Below are positions 52,549-63,128 of a stretch of DNA of 64,000 nt, one piece after another. Made by a program: the position numbers and the translations under genes. A model generated the notes under the pieces. It was not told where the DNA came from. It made no database searches and saw only the letters and a program-made list of their open reading frames with translations. How positions within the stretch are numbered: the stretch's first letter is position 1; each line of letters opens with the position of its first letter. Source of the DNA: Bacilli bacterium (GTDB taxonomy: Bacteria; Bacillota_I; Bacilli_A; RFN20; UBA1709); NCBI GenBank assembly GCA_028693955.1, contig JAQUUH010000002.1:9264-73263 (forward strand). The letters are read 5' to 3'.

Positions 52549-52584
52549 GATTTTATTTAAAATAAAAGTATATAATTATATAAA

Positions 52585-52812
52585 TCAATGAGCAAGAATA
52601 GTAATCTTTTATTGATATTGTAGAGAGTTGCTGCTTGGTGAAAGGCAATTATTGATATTTGATGAATCCACTTGTAAGAGGGATGGCGAAACTTCCCCGG
52701 TTGAAAACCGTTATCATGGAGAGAACATTGTTTCACGTGAAACAATTGAAATAGGGTGGCACCACGATTAATTCGTCCCTTACTAAGGAGCCTTTTTATT
52801 TATTTTTAGAAG
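52585..52812 (+). promoter_or_regulatory. T-box riboswitch leader (probable Ser specificity) upstream of serS
   Basis: The conserved T-box sequence AATAGGGTGGCACCACG (consensus AAUUAGGGUGGNACCGCG) lies ~45 nt before the RBS. The stem I region has AGAGAG and a GNUGA-like motif. A candidate terminator helix and T-run (AAGGAGCCTTTTTATTTATTTTT) sit just upstream of the serS RBS GGAGG. Confidence 0.6.
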
Positions 52813-52826
52813 ATGGAGGAAATAAT

Positions 52827-54104
52827 ATGTTAGATATTAAGTTAATACGTGAAAACCCCGAAAAAATAATTCAAAGATTGAATACTAGAGGTAAGGATTA
52901 TTCTATTTTTGTAAAAGAAATAGTGAATTTTGATGAGTTAAGAAGAGAGAAATTGCAAAAAGTAGAAGAACTAAAACAATTTAGAAATCAACAATCTAAA
53001 CTTATAGGAATTTATAAGAAAAACAATGAAGATACAACAAAACTTTTTCAAGAGATTGCTGGTATAGGTGAAGAAATTTCAAAATTAGATTTAGAAGTTG
53101 CAAATTATGAAGAAAAAATTCAGAAGAATATGTATGAATTGCCTAACCTTCCTAACGAAAAAGTTTTTATAGGAAAAGATGAAACTCAAAATAAAGAAGT
53201 TCGTCGTTGGGGAAATCCAAGAAAATTTGATTTTGAATTTAAAGCACATTGGGATTTGGGCGTTGATTTAGACATTTTAGATTTTGATAGAGCAGCAAAA
53301 ATCACAGGTGCAAGATTTGTGGTTAATAAGGGATTAGGAGCAAGATTAGAAAGAGCTGTTATGAATTTTATGCTAGATATTCACACTTACGAACATGGTA
53401 TAAAAGAAATAATTCCTCCTTTTATGGTTAATGCTACTTCGATGTATGGTACTGGTCAATTACCAAAGTTTGAAGAGGATTTATTTAAGATTGAAAAAGA
53501 AGGGTTTTATTTGATTCCAACAGCGGAGGTTCCTGTAACTAATTTACATGCTAATGAGATACTTGATATCAAGCAACTTCCAATAAAATACTGTGCTTAT
53601 ACGCCTTGTTTTAGAAGTGAAGCAGGTTCTGCAGGAAGAGATACAAGAGGAATTATAAGATTACATCAATTTAATAAAGTTGAATTAGTAAGATTTGCAA
53701 CACCAGAAACTTCCTACCAAAATTTAGAGGAATTAACTCATGATGCTGAAGAAATATTGCAAAAACTTGAATTGCCATATAGAGTAATTCAATTATGTAC
53801 TGGAGATATGGGATTTGGGTCTGCGATGACTTATGATATTGAAGTATGGTTACCATCTTACAATGCCTATAAAGAAATAAGTTCTTGTTCAAATTATGAA
53901 GACTTTCAAGCAAGAAGAGCTAATATCAAATTTAGAAGGGATCCTAAAGGGAAAGCCGAACTTGTTCACACATTAAATGGTTCGGGACTAGCAATAGGAA
54001 GAACAGTTGCAGCAATTATAGAAAATTATCAAAATGAAGATGGTTCAATTACTATTCCCCAAGCTTTAAGAAAATACTTTAATGGCGAGGAAGTTATAAA
54101 ATAA
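52827..54104 (+). CDS. serS: Serine--tRNA ligase
   Basis: N-terminal coiled-coil arm and a class II core with motif 2 ([21 protein letters not shown]) and motif 3 (GSGLAIGR); 425 aa. Confidence 0.95.
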   Translation: MLDIKLIRENPEKIIQRLNTRGKDYSIFVKEIVNFDELRREKLQKVEELKQFRNQQSKLIGIYKKNNEDTTKLFQEIAGIGEEISKLDLEVANYEEKIQKNMYELPNLPNEKVFIGKDETQNKEVRRWGNPRKFDFEFKAHWDLGVDLDILDFDRAAKITGARFVVNKGLGARLERAVMNFMLDIHTYEHGIKEIIPPFMVNATSMYGTGQLPKFEEDLFKIEKEGFYLIPTAEVPVTNLHANEILDIKQLPIKYCAYTPCFRSEAGSAGRDTRGIIRLHQFNKVELVRFATPETSYQNLEELTHDAEEILQKLELPYRVIQLCTGDMGFGSAMTYDIEVWLPSYNAYKEISSCSNYEDFQARRANIKFRRDPKGKAELVHTLNGSGLAIGRTVAAIIENYQNEDGSITIPQALRKYFNGEEVIK

Positions 54105-54114
54105 AAATTTGTTT

Positions 54115-54150
54115 TTAAAACTTAGAATATATTCTAAGTTTTATTTTTTC
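54115..54150 (+). terminator. Rho-independent terminator after serS
   Basis: AAAACTTAGAAT-AT-ATTCTAAGTTTT followed by ATTTTTT. Confidence 0.6.
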
Positions 54151-54236
54151 AAATATATCTAGTTAAAAAAGAGGTATATTTTTGTTTTTCGTTACCCAAA
54201 CTTATGGTATAATAAAATAAATTTAGGAGCAAAATA

Positions 54237-56768
54237 ATGAGTAAAATAAAGTATACCCCAATGATGTCTCAATATCTAAAAATAAAGGAAAATTATCAAG
54301 ATACCTTGATTCTTTTTAGGCTTGGAGATTTCTATGAATTATTTTTTGATGATGCAGTGGTTGCTTCTAAAGAATTAGAACTTGTGCTTACAGGTAGAGA
54401 TGCAGGTGTAAAAGATAAGGTTCCTATGTGTGGAGTTCCCTATCATGCTATCGATTCATACATTGATAAACTAATAAAAAGAGGATATAAAGTAGGAATT
54501 GTTGAACAACTTGAAGATCCAGCTTTAGCAAAGGGAATAGTTAAAAGAGATGTAGTGCAAATTATATCACCAGGCACACTTATAGGTGTTGGACTAAAAG
54601 ATAAGGAAAATAATTATATTTTAGCTATTCATGATTATGAATTATTTTATACTATTGCTTTTTGCGATATATCAACAGGAGAACTTGGCGTTTTAAATGT
54701 TGAGCACAACGATGATAGATTAATAAATGAAGTTATGACATTTGAGAGCAAGGAATTACTTGTTAATAATACTTTCAATATTAAAGTTTTTTCTGATATA
54801 AAAGAAAGATTAGGAATTACTATATCACGATATAATGATGTAGAGTTAACTTTAGATTATGAAAACTTAATTAATGATGTTAAGGATTTACATCAGATAG
54901 AAACTCTTAAATTTTTGATTGATTATTTGGTAAACACTCAAAAAAGAAGTTTAGATTATTTGCAAAATGCTAAAATAATAAAAACTAATCAATATTTAAA
55001 AATGGATTCTTTTACAAGAAATAATTTAGAACTAACAAGAACTTTAAGAAGTGAAGATAGATATGGATCTTTACTTTGGGTAATAGATAAAACAAAAACA
55101 GCAATGGGTTCAAGATTGTTAAAAAGTTGGATTCAAAGACCACTAGTATTGCAAGATGAAATAGAAGAACGTCTACTAGTAGTAGATTCTTTAATCATCA
55201 ACTTCATAGTAAGAGAAGAACTTGTTAAGCAATTAGATTTAGTATATGACCTTCCAAGACTTATAGCTAAGATTAGTTATGGCAATGCTAATGGAAGAGA
55301 TTTAATACAATTATCTAATTCTTTATCTGCTCTACCTAAAATTAAAGAAGTTTTGAAATCTAGTAATGATAAAGTACTAATCCAATTAGCAAATAAAATA
55401 GAATTAATGGATGACATAGTTAATTTAATTGGAATTAGCATTGTTGATAATCCTCCTATTTCAGTAAAAGAGGGAGGACTAATAAAGACAAAGTACAATA
55501 AAGATTTAGATGGTATAAGAGAACTTAGTAAAGGTGGCAAAGAATGGATTGCTAACTTTGAAAAAACAGAAAAAGAAAGAACGGGTATTAAAGGCTTAAA
55601 AGTAGGATTTAATAAGGTTTTTGGATTTTATATTGATATAACAAATTCTTATTTAAATCAAGTTAAAGATGAATTTGGATATATTAGAAAGCAAACTTTA
55701 ACAGGATCTGAAAGATTTATTACAAAAGAATTAAAAGAGAAAGAAGATTTGGTTCTTAATGCTGAAGAGAAAATGATAAAATTAGAATATGAAATCTTTC
55801 TTTCAATTAGAGAAGAGATAAAAAAATATACAAGTATAATTCAAAAAAATTCTGATATTTTAGCAAATATTGATGTTTTTTGTTCTTATTCTAGAGTTAG
55901 CGTTGAAAATAATTATGTAAAGCCATTTTTTTCTTGTAAAAAAGAAATGTTAGTTAAAAGTGGGAGACATCCTGTTATTGAAAAAGTATTAAAAGATACA
56001 CTTTATGTACCTAATGATATAAATATGGATAGTAATAATTTCTTGCAAATAATTACAGGACCAAATATGGGAGGGAAAAGCACTTATATGAGGCAAAATG
56101 CAATAATTGCAATACTTGCCCAAATTGGATGCTATGTTCCTGCAAGTGAAGCAAAACTTCCAATTTTTGATGCAATATTTACAAGAATAGGAGCAAGTGA
56201 TGATTTGGTATCTGGGCAATCAACATTTATGGTTGAAATGTTAGAAGTGAATAACGCTATAATAAATGCTACTGAAAAATCTTTAATAGTATTTGATGAA
56301 ATCGGAAGGGGAACCTCAACATTTGATGGTATGGCAATTGCTCAATCAATAATAGAGCATATAGCCATTAATGTAAAAGCAATGACTTTATTTTCGACGC
56401 ATTACCATGAACTTGTAAAAGTCGCAGAATCATTGCCAGGTGTTACAAATGTTAATACAGAAGTTCATGAAGAAAATGATAAAGTTACTTTTTTATATAA
56501 AATAAAACCAGGATCTGCCAATAAATCTTATGGGATTAATGTTGCTCGACTTGCTCACATCCCTAGCCCCATACTTGATAGAGCAAAAGATATATTAGAA
56601 GATTTAGAAAATAAAAATCAAGTTATTAATGGCGTAAAATATGTGGTTAAAGAAGTGATTAAAAAAAGTGAAATAGAAAAAGAAATTCAAGAGTTAGATC
56701 CCTTGAACCTAACTCCCCTTGAAGCATTAAATTATTTGTATAATTTAAAAAAGAAGTTAGGTGAATAA
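54237..56768 (+). CDS. mutS: DNA mismatch repair protein MutS
   Basis: Mismatch-binding domain I (F.RLGDFYELF.DDA), Walker A GPNMGGKST, ABC signature STF and a C-terminal HTH; 843 aa. Confidence 0.95.
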   Translation: MSKIKYTPMMSQYLKIKENYQDTLILFRLGDFYELFFDDAVVASKELELVLTGRDAGVKDKVPMCGVPYHAIDSYIDKLIKRGYKVGIVEQLEDPALAKGIVKRDVVQIISPGTLIGVGLKDKENNYILAIHDYELFYTIAFCDISTGELGVLNVEHNDDRLINEVMTFESKELLVNNTFNIKVFSDIKERLGITISRYNDVELTLDYENLINDVKDLHQIETLKFLIDYLVNTQKRSLDYLQNAKIIKTNQYLKMDSFTRNNLELTRTLRSEDRYGSLLWVIDKTKTAMGSRLLKSWIQRPLVLQDEIEERLLVVDSLIINFIVREELVKQLDLVYDLPRLIAKISYGNANGRDLIQLSNSLSALPKIKEVLKSSNDKVLIQLANKIELMDDIVNLIGISIVDNPPISVKEGGLIKTKYNKDLDGIRELSKGGKEWIANFEKTEKERTGIKGLKVGFNKVFGFYIDITNSYLNQVKDEFGYIRKQTLTGSERFITKELKEKEDLVLNAEEKMIKLEYEIFLSIREEIKKYTSIIQKNSDILANIDVFCSYSRVSVENNYVKPFFSCKKEMLVKSGRHPVIEKVLKDTLYVPNDINMDSNNFLQIITGPNMGGKSTYMRQNAIIAILAQIGCYVPASEAKLPIFDAIFTRIGASDDLVSGQSTFMVEMLEVNNAIINATEKSLIVFDEIGRGTSTFDGMAIAQSIIEHIAINVKAMTLFSTHYHELVKVAESLPGVTNVNTEVHEENDKVTFLYKIKPGSANKSYGINVARLAHIPSPILDRAKDILEDLENKNQVINGVKYVVKEVIKKSEIEKEIQELDPLNLTPLEALNYLYNLKKKLGE

Positions 56769-56771
56769 ATT

Positions 56772-58520
56772 ATGAGTAAAATACATATTATGGATGTTTC
56801 CTTGTCAAATATGATAGCAGCAGGAGAAGTTGTTGAAAGACCTGCTAGTGTTGTAAAAGAATTAATTGAAAATTCTTTAGATGCAAAGGCAACAGAAATA
56901 GAAATAAAAATAAAAGATTCTGGAAGGACATTAATTCAAGTGACCGATAATGGAGTTGGGATGGATAATACTGATGCAAAATTGGCCTTTGTTCGTCATG
57001 CAACTAGCAAAATAATTAATGAAAGAGATCTTTTTAGAATAAAAACTATGGGTTTTAGAGGAGAAGCATTACCATCTATAGCAGCTGTTAGTAAAGTTAT
57101 TATGGAGACATCAACAGGTATTGATTCAGGAACAAAAATAGTTATCGAAAATAATGATATTATTTCTATCGAGCCTTCTGCTTCTAGAAAAGGAACAGTG
57201 ATAAAGGTTGAAGAATTGTTTTATAATACCCCTGCTCGCTTGAAGTATTTAAAATCAGATAGTACAGAATACTATAATGTTCTTGATGTTATCACTAAAT
57301 TATCATTAGCTAATCCCAAAGTGCGTTTTAAATTTATCTCTAATGATAAAAAGATATATTTAAGTAGTGGAAGAGGAGATGTTTTAGAAGTAATTAAAGA
57401 TGTTTATGGATTAGAAACTGCTAAAAATATAATATCTTTTAAAACAGAAGATAATGATTTTGAAGTTGAAGGCTTTATTGGGAAATTTATAATATCTAAA
57501 TCAAGTAGAAACTATATTATATGTATTGTTAATGGTAGATATGTAAGATTACCATTTATTCAAAATGCAGTTATTGAAAGCTATACACATTATCTTCCAA
57601 ATAATAGATATCCACTAGCAATTATTAATATAAATGTTGATCCAAGTTTTGTAGATGTCAATGTTCATCCTTCAAAAAGCGAAATAAGATTGTCTAAAAT
57701 TGATAAGTTGGTATCGTTAGTTAAAAAGCAAATTACTTCAACATTGGAAACAGCATATATGATTCCTGAAATTAATGTTAATTTAAAAAACAATATTGAA
57801 AAGCCCGCATTAAATTTGGAAAGTAATTATGAATATACCGATATTGTAAATGATAATTTGTATGTTAATAAAAATGATGTTATGGAAAATCACGAACAAG
57901 AAGAGACATATTCTTTTTCTGAAAAAATTAATAAAACTAAAGAAAGTATAAGTTTGTATCCAATTGGACAAATTCATGGGACATATATTGTTGCAGAATC
58001 GATAGATGGATTTTATTTAATTGATCAACATGCTGCAATGGAAAGAATAAATTTTGAAAAGTTTTCAAAATTACTAATGGAAAATACAGATTTATATGAT
58101 TTATTAGTTCCTGTTGTAGTTGAATTATCTTTAAGTTCAATGAATATTGTCAAAGAAAAACTAACAATATTGGAAACAGTTGGTATATATGCAGAAGTCT
58201 TTGGTAATAATGCTTTGAAAATTAATTCTGTTCCTTTATGGATGAAAGATTTAGATATTAAAGAATATGTTTTAGATATAGTAGAGCAAATTATCAATAA
58301 TTCAAATATTAATATTTATTCTTTAAGATCTCATGCAATCGCTACAATAAGTTGCAAAGCGTCATTAAAAGCCAATAAAAGACTTTCTTTTGAAGAAATG
58401 GAAATATTAATTAATACTCTTCAAAAATGTAGTAACCCTTATACATGTCCACACGGGAGACCTACAATGATTTTCTATTCTAAATATGAAATAGAAAAAA
58501 TGTTTAAAAGAGTAGGATAA
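56772..58520 (+). CDS. mutL: DNA mismatch repair protein MutL
   Basis: GHKL ATPase (ELIENSLDA, DNGVGM), a dimerisation domain, and the C-terminal endonuclease motif region (CPHGRP at the end). Confidence 0.93.
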   Translation: MSKIHIMDVSLSNMIAAGEVVERPASVVKELIENSLDAKATEIEIKIKDSGRTLIQVTDNGVGMDNTDAKLAFVRHATSKIINERDLFRIKTMGFRGEALPSIAAVSKVIMETSTGIDSGTKIVIENNDIISIEPSASRKGTVIKVEELFYNTPARLKYLKSDSTEYYNVLDVITKLSLANPKVRFKFISNDKKIYLSSGRGDVLEVIKDVYGLETAKNIISFKTEDNDFEVEGFIGKFIISKSSRNYIICIVNGRYVRLPFIQNAVIESYTHYLPNNRYPLAIININVDPSFVDVNVHPSKSEIRLSKIDKLVSLVKKQITSTLETAYMIPEINVNLKNNIEKPALNLESNYEYTDIVNDNLYVNKNDVMENHEQEETYSFSEKINKTKESISLYPIGQIHGTYIVAESIDGFYLIDQHAAMERINFEKFSKLLMENTDLYDLLVPVVVELSLSSMNIVKEKLTILETVGIYAEVFGNNALKINSVPLWMKDLDIKEYVLDIVEQIINNSNINIYSLRSHAIATISCKASLKANKRLSFEEMEILINTLQKCSNPYTCPHGRPTMIFYSKYEIEKMFKRVG

Positions 58521-58523
58521 AAT

Positions 58524-59441
58524 ATGTCAAAGATAATAGTAATTGGTGGACAAACAGCAACAGGGAAAAGTAAATTGGCAGTTGAACTTGCAAAAAAGAT
58601 AAATGGAATAATTATTAATGGAGATTCTATGCAAGTATATAAGGAAATGAATATAGGTACTGCTAAAATAAAAGAAGAGGGAAAAGGAGGAATTTCTCAT
58701 TATTTGTTTGATATTGTAAGCGTTAAAGATAGTTTTTCTGTGGCAGAGTATAAAGAACTAGCTACAAAAAAGATAAATGAAATTATTGAGCAAAAAAGAG
58801 TCCCTATTATAGTAGGAGGAACAGGATTATACTTAAGAAGCGTTTTATATGATTATGATTTTAACAAAGAAATTAAAAATGATTCTTTAGCAAAATATGG
58901 TGATAAAACAAATCAAGAATTATATGATTTATTAAAAAAATATGATTTAGACTCTGCTCTTCAAATCCACCCCAATAATAGAAAAAGAGTCTTAAGAGCA
59001 ATATCTATTTATGAATCAAGTGGTAAAACAAAAACTTATTGGCTATCTAAACAAAAGCATAAACTAGCTTATGATTGTTTATTTATAGGATTAACAATGG
59101 ATAGAAAAAATTTATATAATTCGATAAACAAAAGAGTTGATGAAATGTTTTTAGAAGGATTAGAAGCAGAAGTTCGAACAATAATAAAATCAGCAAGTCC
59201 TAACTCTACTTGTTTACAAGCAATTGGATATAAAGAATTTATTCCTTATTTTTCTGGTCTTATAAATAAAGAGCAATTAGTAGAATTGATAAAGAAAAAT
59301 ACCAGAAGATATGCTAAAAGACAATATACATTTTTTAATAACCAATTTAAAGTAACTTGGTATGATACCAATACCCATAGTTTGACTGATATAGTCAATA
59401 AAATTATTATTGACTATCAAGGAGGCAAAAATGATAAATAA
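58524..59441 (+). CDS. miaA: tRNA dimethylallyltransferase
   Basis: P-loop GGQTATGKSKLA...INGDSMQVY..M.IGTAK; 305 aa. The mutS-mutL-miaA order is conserved. Confidence 0.9.
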   Translation: MSKIIVIGGQTATGKSKLAVELAKKINGIIINGDSMQVYKEMNIGTAKIKEEGKGGISHYLFDIVSVKDSFSVAEYKELATKKINEIIEQKRVPIIVGGTGLYLRSVLYDYDFNKEIKNDSLAKYGDKTNQELYDLLKKYDLDSALQIHPNNRKRVLRAISIYESSGKTKTYWLSKQKHKLAYDCLFIGLTMDRKNLYNSINKRVDEMFLEGLEAEVRTIIKSASPNSTCLQAIGYKEFIPYFSGLINKEQLVELIKKNTRRYAKRQYTFFNNQFKVTWYDTNTHSLTDIVNKIIIDYQGGKNDK

Positions 59442-60198
59442 CAATCAATTTATAAGAAACGAAATGCTACTTGGGAAAGATATTACTACTGATTTGAGTA
59501 AGACAACAATAATGGTTATAGGACTTGGGGGTGTTGGATCATATAGTGTTGAAACCTTAGCCAGATTAGGAATTGGACATTTTGTTTTAATTGATAAAGA
59601 TAAAGTAGAAATTAGTAATATAAATAGACAAATAATAGCAACTTTTGAAACTCTTAATGAAGACAAAGTAGAGGTAGCCAAAAATAGAATTCTTTCAATT
59701 AATCCTAGAGCAGTAGTTGATATTGAAAAAGTGTTTCTAGGTGAGGATTCATTAAATATATTGAATAATTATAAAGTTGATTATGTTGTAGATGCAATAG
59801 ATACTATAACCTCAAAGGTTTTATTAATAGAATATTGTTTAAAAAATAACATACCAATAATATCATGTACTGGTATGGCAAATAAAATTGATCCAACGCA
59901 AATAAAAATAACAACTCTTGATAAGACAAGTGTAGATCCAATTTGTAGAAAAATGAGAGAACTTTGTAAAAAAAGAGGTTTAGATTTTAAAAAAATTAAT
60001 GTAGTATATTCTATAGAGACTCCACATTCACAAAATATACAAGAAAGAACAAGCGGGACAACAAAAGAAAAGTTTCCCCCATCCAGTATAGTGATACCTC
60101 CAGCCATAGCAGGAATACTTATGACTTATCATATATTAAAAGAAATTATGAAAAAGGAGCACAAAAAAGATGGAAGCTACAACGAAAAGCAGGTTTAA
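59410..60198 (+). CDS. tcdA: ThiF/MoeB-family E1-like enzyme, probable tRNA threonylcarbamoyladenosine dehydratase (TcdA/CsdL)
   Basis: Rossmann GLGGVGSYSVETLARLGIGHFVLIDKDKVEISNINRQ with no rhodanese or CxxC C-terminus; ~255 aa. The start is ambiguous between 59410 and 59431 and overlaps the miaA 3' end. Confidence 0.65.
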   Translation: MTIKEAKMINNNQFIRNEMLLGKDITTDLSKTTIMVIGLGGVGSYSVETLARLGIGHFVLIDKDKVEISNINRQIIATFETLNEDKVEVAKNRILSINPRAVVDIEKVFLGEDSLNILNNYKVDYVVDAIDTITSKVLLIEYCLKNNIPIISCTGMANKIDPTQIKITTLDKTSVDPICRKMRELCKKRGLDFKKINVVYSIETPHSQNIQERTSGTTKEKFPPSSIVIPPAIAGILMTYHILKEIMKKEHKKDGSYNEKQV

Positions 60199-61468
60199 AA
60201 ATTATTTGTTTATCATAGTTTTAGGCATAATTTTTATAGTGTTTGGACTAGTTAAAACAGGTGTTAAAGAATCATTTGAAGGATTAATACGAATATTGAC
60301 AACTCCAGATGGATTAATTACAGACTTTTTTGTTCAAGGTAATATAGGAGGAGCTTTTTTAAATTCGGGTTTATTAATAATAATAGCTACTTTATTATTT
60401 TTAGTATTTAAAAAAGATATGAGTGGGCAAGTGTTGGCTTCTTTGTTCCTTTTTGGAGGATTTTCTCTTTTTGGGAAAAATTTAATAAATGTATGGCCAA
60501 TAATTATAGGAGTTTTCATTTTTTCTTTAATAAAAAAAGAAGATTTTAAGGATTTAATCGCAACTGCATTAATGGGGTGTACAATGGCTCCAGCTGTTTC
60601 AGAAGTTTTATTTTATCCAGGACTTAATTTAGGGATTGCAGTTATTGCTAGTTTGGTTTTAGGTTTATTTATAGGACTAGTTTTACCTTTAGTTTCTAGA
60701 GTTGCTTTTAACTTCCATGATGGATTCAATCTTTATAATATAGGGTTTACGGGCGGAATAATATTAACTGTAGTAGTTTCCATATTGAAGGTTTTTGGTT
60801 TCAATGTGAAAACTAGAGAGTTATGGAGTACCGGAAACAACGAACTTTTTGCTTGGTTTTTAATAATTATTTTTATAGGATTGATAATATATGGATTTAC
60901 TTGTGAAAAAGAAATAAGGAAGAAATTAAAACAAATAACGATAAGTACAGGAACTGCTCCTAGTGATTTTTACACAAATTATGGTAGAGGTGCAACTCTT
61001 GTTAATATGGGACTATTAGGAATTCTTTCTGTTGTTTTTATTTTGATAGTGGGAGCTTCTCTTAATGGACCAACAATAGGTGGAGTTTTAACAATAGTTG
61101 GTTTTGGAGCTGCTGGCAAACACATTAGGAGTGTTTCATATATTTTGATTGGAGCTTTACTAGGGCAGATTTTCCACATGTGGGATTTAACAAGGCCGAC
61201 AATTATATTAGGAGCACTTTTTGCTACAGGGCTAGCACCAATTGCAGGAGCATATGGACCTATATTTGGTATTATGGCAGCTATAGTCCATATATCTGTT
61301 GTGCAAAATACTGGTGAATTACACTTCGGATTAAACTTGTATAATAATGGTTTTGCAGAAGGTATGGTTGCTTTGTTTATGAATGGGTTTGTTAAGATAT
61401 TGGGATTTAAACACCAGACCGATCCATTAATAAGAAAAATAGTTGAAAAAGAGGAAGGTATCAGATGA
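60170..61468 (+). CDS. Integral membrane protein of unknown function with an internal two-fold repeat
   Basis: About 12 predicted TM segments. Each half carries the motif H-x-G-(F/L)-N-L-Y-N-x-G-F (HDGFNLYNIGFTGG / HFGLNLYNNGFAEG) and Gly-rich helices. It overlaps the tcdA 3' end. Confidence 0.5.
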   Translation: MEATTKSRFKNYLFIIVLGIIFIVFGLVKTGVKESFEGLIRILTTPDGLITDFFVQGNIGGAFLNSGLLIIIATLLFLVFKKDMSGQVLASLFLFGGFSLFGKNLINVWPIIIGVFIFSLIKKEDFKDLIATALMGCTMAPAVSEVLFYPGLNLGIAVIASLVLGLFIGLVLPLVSRVAFNFHDGFNLYNIGFTGGIILTVVVSILKVFGFNVKTRELWSTGNNELFAWFLIIIFIGLIIYGFTCEKEIRKKLKQITISTGTAPSDFYTNYGRGATLVNMGLLGILSVVFILIVGASLNGPTIGGVLTIVGFGAAGKHIRSVSYILIGALLGQIFHMWDLTRPTIILGALFATGLAPIAGAYGPIFGIMAAIVHISVVQNTGELHFGLNLYNNGFAEGMVALFMNGFVKILGFKHQTDPLIRKIVEKEEGIR

Positions 61469-61487
61469 TGCTTCCTCTTTTTTTATC
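61447..61487. terminator. Bidirectional terminator at the convergence of the membrane-protein gene (+) and the MFS gene (-)
   Basis: GAGGAAG-GTATCAGATGATG-CTTCCTC flanked by an A-run and a T-run. Confidence 0.5.
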
Positions 61488-62952
61488 ATTTATATAGATT
61501 TTTATATTCTATACCAGTAATTTCTTCACAAATAATCTTAGTATTATTATCAACAGTTTCTTTGCTTCCATTATTTTTAAGTCTTTCAATTTCTTTTTGC
61601 ATTATATCAAAATTTTTAGGATTGATTGGATATTTAAAGGTAAAATATAATGCTATTAATAATAAAATAGTAGGACAAAAAGAATAAAATAATTTGATTC
61701 CTAGAGCAGTTTCAATAGTTTGAAGAATCTCTTCATTGGGATTATTAGCTATTTGATAACCAATTATATCTATATATACACCTGTTAAAAATAAAGCGAC
61801 TGCTTGAGATAATTGACGGATAAATGTCATAAATCCTGAATATATACCTTCTCTTCTTTTTGAAGATATTAACTCTTCAACATCCATTGTTTCTGGCAGT
61901 ATCCCCCAAGGGGTAACTGCGACACCGCTTGCTCCTATTCCCATAAGTAAACTAGCAATATACATAAAATAAATTGAACTACCAGGTTTTATTAATAGCA
62001 TTAAAAGAAGTGTTCCAGCCCATAAAGAAATTCCCGTAATTAAAGAAATCTTTTTTCCTTTTTTCGAAGATATTTTGATAAATAAAGGAACCGATAATAT
62101 TTGTGCAATAATAAATATTCCTAGAAATATCGTGTAAGAACCTTTCATATTTAGATAGTCTTTTATGAAATAAATGCTAATTGCCATAAAGGTATCTATT
62201 GCAGTATAAGCAGCAATATATATTCCCAATAATAACCTATAAGATTTATTTTTAAATACAATTTTTGCGTTTTCCCATAATGATTTTAAAAAATAATCGT
62301 TCTCCTTATATGAAACTATTGGAGGGTCCTCTTTAATATTTTTAGTTCCTAAAAAAACAAATATCCAAGGAATAGCATAGAAAATTCCAAATATTATTCC
62401 CATTCCAAACCAGCCATTTTGAGCATCAGAAAATAATTTTATTATCATCATAGGAACAACTCCAGCAATTAAATTGGAAATATTTGAGAAAATTGCTCTA
62501 ACGCCAACTAGTTTATTGCGTTCATTATAACTTTTTGTCATTTCGGCTAAAAGAGCATGATATGGGACCATTGTCATAGAAAAAGAAGTTGCAAAAAGAA
62601 TATATGCCAAAGTGTAATAAATAACTTTTACCCAAATTACAGAATTTAATGGGACCCATAACATTGAAAAACAGGCAGAAATATGAAAGATTCCCGTTAG
62701 AAAAAAGACTCTTCTTTTCCCATATTTAGATTTTGTTTTATCAGAAAGGTTACCAATAAAAGGATCAATTATTGCATCCCATATTTTTCCAATTAATAGC
62801 ATTGAGCCAGCAATTGTTCCAGATATAAGAGCAGAATCAGTAAGAAAATTTAGGAAAAGTAGACCTATTAATGTAAAGGCTCCTCCCCCAAATATATCTC
62901 CAGATGCATAAGAAATTATACTTTTTGTAGAAAGTTTATTGTTTTTATCCAT
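61486..62952 (-). CDS. MFS transporter, glycoside-pentoside-hexuronide (GPH):cation symporter family
   Basis: N-terminal GPH signature YASGDIFGGGAFTLIGLLFLNFLTD, ~12 TM helices and a 488-aa length typical of MelB/YihO-like symporters. Confidence 0.75.
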   Translation of the reverse strand: MDKNNKLSTKSIISYASGDIFGGGAFTLIGLLFLNFLTDSALISGTIAGSMLLIGKIWDAIIDPFIGNLSDKTKSKYGKRRVFFLTGIFHISACFSMLWVPLNSVIWVKVIYYTLAYILFATSFSMTMVPYHALLAEMTKSYNERNKLVGVRAIFSNISNLIAGVVPMMIIKLFSDAQNGWFGMGIIFGIFYAIPWIFVFLGTKNIKEDPPIVSYKENDYFLKSLWENAKIVFKNKSYRLLLGIYIAAYTAIDTFMAISIYFIKDYLNMKGSYTIFLGIFIIAQILSVPLFIKISSKKGKKISLITGISLWAGTLLLMLLIKPGSSIYFMYIASLLMGIGASGVAVTPWGILPETMDVEELISSKRREGIYSGFMTFIRQLSQAVALFLTGVYIDIIGYQIANNPNEEILQTIETALGIKLFYSFCPTILLLIALYFTFKYPINPKNFDIMQKEIERLKNNGSKETVDNNTKIICEEITGIEYKNLYK

Positions 62953-63128
62953 AAATGATCCTCCACATATAAATAGTATATTATATAGGAAAGTTAAAAT
63001 GTAAAAAATAAGAAAAATTTATTGTATAGGAACTTCTTTGTCCATTTTTTGCTTCTATAAAAATACTATGAAATACTAATATAAAAAGTTATAATATTAT
63101 TGTGTCTTTTGAAAGAGTGGAGAAAGTA

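Noticed and set aside
52557-52745. 62-aa minus-strand ORF between gyrA and serS
   Set aside because: It lies entirely within the T-box leader and contains the antisense of the conserved T-box sequence, so it is a non-coding regulatory RNA region.
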